DNA of 50,021 nucleotides from a virus (Duplodnaviria; Caudoviricetes): positions 1 to 50,021 of IMG/VR virus record IMGVR_UViG_3300020202_000016; one strand, written 5' to 3'. This document shows, piece by piece, positions 47,719 to 50,021 of the stretch. The notes beneath the pieces are model-generated. The model worked only from the letters and a program-made list of their open reading frames with translations. It ran no database searches and was not told the DNA's origin. Numbering within the stretch: the first letter of the stretch is position 1; each line of letters starts with the position of its first letter. Position numbers and translations under genes: made by a program.

Positions 47719-48231
47719 GTCCAATTTCACAGATAATTTTGCGATTGCCCTCCCGCCCGCACTGACAATTCTTTCCTCAAGATTCGAAATCATATCCAAA
47801 ATAAAATTACGCAAACCAGCATCGCAAATCAAACTCCTGCGCGCAGTCCCATTGCAGGCATTGCATGGCGCATCACCAAGTACTGGCGAGTTCGCAAGCT
47901 TCGCAACTCCGTGCCCACTACAAACCGGGCAGATATCAAATAGCCAAAATTCAAATGATAGGTTTGCAACCTTCAACATATCCTCGGCCGACAACTCCCA
48001 GCGACGCGCCAGCGCCTTTTTCTCCACAACCTCTCGCCAACGGTCTAGCGTAGGTGCATAGGTCGCCCTTTCGTTTGCATACTTCAAACGAAATAACTTG
48101 CCGCCAAATTCAGAATCAGACCACGCAATAGCCGTTAGCCTATCCGTATCATCTGTGTATTCCCGATGTCGTAAATTGGAGCTATGAGTAGCGCACGCAT
48201 AACTTTCAGCGATAGTCCTTCGATTAGTCAT
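47707..48231 (-). CDS. Q-like late antiterminator
   Basis: CPVCSGHG..CNACNGT zinc finger; position before pR'. Confidence 0.7.
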   Translation of the reverse strand: MTNRRTIAESYACATHSSNLRHREYTDDTDRLTAIAWSDSEFGGKLFRLKYANERATYAPTLDRWREVVEKKALARRWELSAEDMLKVANLSFEFWLFDICPVCSGHGVAKLANSPVLGDAPCNACNGTARRSLICDAGLRNFILDMISNLEERIVSAGGRAIAKLSVKLDLTK

Positions 48232-48557
48232 TCCTTAGCCTTTTCCGCTGGCGCTAACTCAATCTTATTGATCTTGCCGATGAGACTATTCAGCGTTTCT
48301 TCATATCTGTATACACCATCCCTCCACATTTCCAACATTTCTCTTGTGTTAGCATGCGTCCGCTCCTTATGCTCTAATAATTGATCGCACATGCTCCGCA
48401 CTTCGTGCACCCATTTCCTCGAATAGCAGGCGATAACACAAAACGAAATCACCAATAGCATGTAAGCAACTTCCAACCAACTTTTTATATAGATTGCATT
48501 AACCAACCCCGGTAAAAAACAACATGGGACCCAATAATACTTAAGGTAATTTTTCAT
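48228..48557 (-). CDS. Membrane/coiled-coil hypothetical protein
   Basis: Hydrophobic N-terminus; coupled to Q. Confidence 0.5.
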   Translation of the reverse strand: MKNYLKYYWVPCCFLPGLVNAIYIKSWLEVAYMLLVISFCVIACYSRKWVHEVRSMCDQLLEHKERTHANTREMLEMWRDGVYRYEETLNSLIGKINKIELAPAEKAKE

Positions 48558-48566
48558 TACAAACCC

Positions 48567-48920
48567 CTAATAAGAAACTTTATTTACACCACATTGACTC
48601 AACAATTCTTCAATCTCATCGATTGCCTTCCCAGACTTAATCGTTTTCATGCCGTACCTAAGCAGCCTCCAGCCTAATAGGGTGGCCGCATTGTATTTCT
48701 CCATGTCTTTCTCGAATCCATCCTTACGCGAATGCCTTCCATAGCCTGCCGCGCCCTCACATTCGATAGCTATTTTTTGAGCAGGAAATGCAAAATCAAA
48801 TCTCCAGTTTCTCGATAGCTCAAACTGATATTCGCGCACCGGATAAATAGCCAAAGCTCGCATATGCAGCGCTAGCGTTTCTTCCAGAATCGAAATATTT
48901 ACTACATTACGTAAGCTCAT
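48567..48920 (-). CDS. PD-(D/E)xK-type (DUF559/Vsr-like) endonuclease
   Basis: EYQF..RNWRFDFA..IAIECEG..DMEKYNAATLLGWRLLR. Confidence 0.8.
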   Translation of the reverse strand: MSLRNVVNISILEETLALHMRALAIYPVREYQFELSRNWRFDFAFPAQKIAIECEGAAGYGRHSRKDGFEKDMEKYNAATLLGWRLLRYGMKTIKSGKAIDEIEELLSQCGVNKVSY

Positions 48921-49075
48921 TTGCATTCACTTTCAGAATAAAATCACCTTTCAGCGCAAACAATGATTGATCTCTCATATTTCTAACAATACTTTTAGAA
49001 ACTTTTAACAACTTTCTCTTTTGTATTTCAGTCAGAGTAATCTTCGTACCTTTCGCATAAGCAGGAAATTTAACC

Positions 49076-49312
49076 TCACCCTCTTCCATTTTTTATTCCC
49101 CGCCAAAACAATGGCTCAAACTCTTCAAAGAAAAACAATGCGCAGATCGCCAATCCCGGTGTATTGTATGACTTACCCCAACTTCCATTCATAAATCGCT
49201 GGAAACAGCCGGGGTATGTTTCATAAACCCCATTTCTAATCGGAGTACCATCATTAGCGACTGAATACCATGGCGTTAGTTTCCAATGACGGATAAAAAT
49301 ATTTATATCCAC
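49076..49312 (-). CDS. Hypothetical protein (TPW..P.R.GVYE..WRG family)
   Basis: Motif shared with 6828-7094. Confidence 0.6.
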   Translation of the reverse strand: MDINIFIRHWKLTPWYSVANDGTPIRNGVYETYPGCFQRFMNGSWGKSYNTPGLAICALFFFEEFEPLFWRGIKNGRG

Positions 49313-49313
49313 G

Positions 49314-49532
49314 CTACCTCCATTTCAACGCTGTACGCATAATTTCCATCTGCTTTGAATGATCTCCAAGCTTCGTTCCCCACTCGATTCCATTCTCGCT
49401 AGCCCAAAATACAGGCTCGCCATTCCCGCCTCGCTTGATCTGCGTGTTGATGTCGTCAGTACCAAATGCGGCTCGCATAGCGTCAATGAATACGGCCACG
49501 TTAGGCATTTGCTCTCGCAGACTCACGCACAA
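49314..49532 (-). CDS. Conserved small phage protein
   Basis: LREQMPNVAVFIDAMRAAFG..FWASENG. Confidence 0.65.
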   Translation of the reverse strand: MCVSLREQMPNVAVFIDAMRAAFGTDDINTQIKRGGNGEPVFWASENGIEWGTKLGDHSKQMEIMRTALKWR

Positions 49533-49724
49533 GCTCCAAAATCAATACCCCATATTTCCGGATCATCCCTGACACTGCTTGAAATCCACATCGGTTGTTT
49601 ATTCTTATATATAAACCTAAAATTAAAAGCAGCCAAAATAACCCTCTTCATAAAAACTGCGAATTTTATTTCACCAAAATTATTTGTATTAAAAATAAAA
49701 TAATTAAATTTCCTTTTGCGTATT

Positions 49725-49894
49725 TTAGTCATGCCCGCCACCAACAACTTTTGGAGCCAAAATTTGTAGAATATTCGACAGATTTTTACGGGCAGTTTCT
49801 CTATCCGTTATCGCTTTACCAGGGGCCGGCAATTCAACCAACTTCTTCGGGACTGGGTCAGTCTTTGTTTTAAATTTTTCGAAAAGATGCACCC
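49725..49894 (-). CDS. C-terminal part of the P-like protein (joined to 1-415)
   Basis: In frame across the circular junction. Confidence 0.65.
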
Positions 49895-50021
49895 AACGGC
49901 CACGAGCCGCCGACCATGTAAAATTTTTAAGATCGAACTCACCGAATGCCATAGCAGTCCAATACACGCCAGGAGAGCTCCATACATCAGTCCCGTTGTG
50001 GCGCTTCGATATTTGCTCAAC

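Noticed and set aside
49895-50021. Biological terminal repeat
   Set aside because: It is exactly 127 bp (a common assembler k-mer) and falls mid-gene; best read as circular overlap

Overview
The window is a complete ~49.9 kb circular genome of a temperate, P22-like (podovirus-type), lambdoid phage. Bases 1-127 repeat exactly at 49895-50021. An intact attP (3' half of tRNA-Asn GTT plus integrase arm repeats) follows the tyrosine integrase. The host is probably betaproteobacterial; this is inferred from the tRNA-Asn sequence and is not verified. Modules: replication and nin genes (minus strand), a cro/cI switch with four matching operators, a pL early operon (SSB-like, Gp157, ASCH, pentapeptide-repeat, xis, int), an ~12 kb accessory region, lysis, P22-type tail/ejection/coat/scaffold/portal/terminase, a small antisense moron, and Q with pR'/tR'. 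The standout is a phage-borne RNA repair and surveillance kit in the accessory region. It comprises RtcB ligase, a near-consensus sigma70 promoter driving two tandem Y-RNA-like ncRNAs and a Ro60/Rsr (TROVE-vWA) gene, an XRE regulator and a tRNA(CAT). One ncRNA is a circularly permuted tRNA mimic with a Pro-like anticodon loop; the other has a different, non-permuted elbow topology. Also notable are two unassigned structured RNA candidates in the pL transcript, and an IS3 shell whose orfA is replaced by a second IS plus a decayed M.NgoMIV-like MTase/HNH pair with a G7 frameshift. All calls come from reading motifs by eye; no searches were run.
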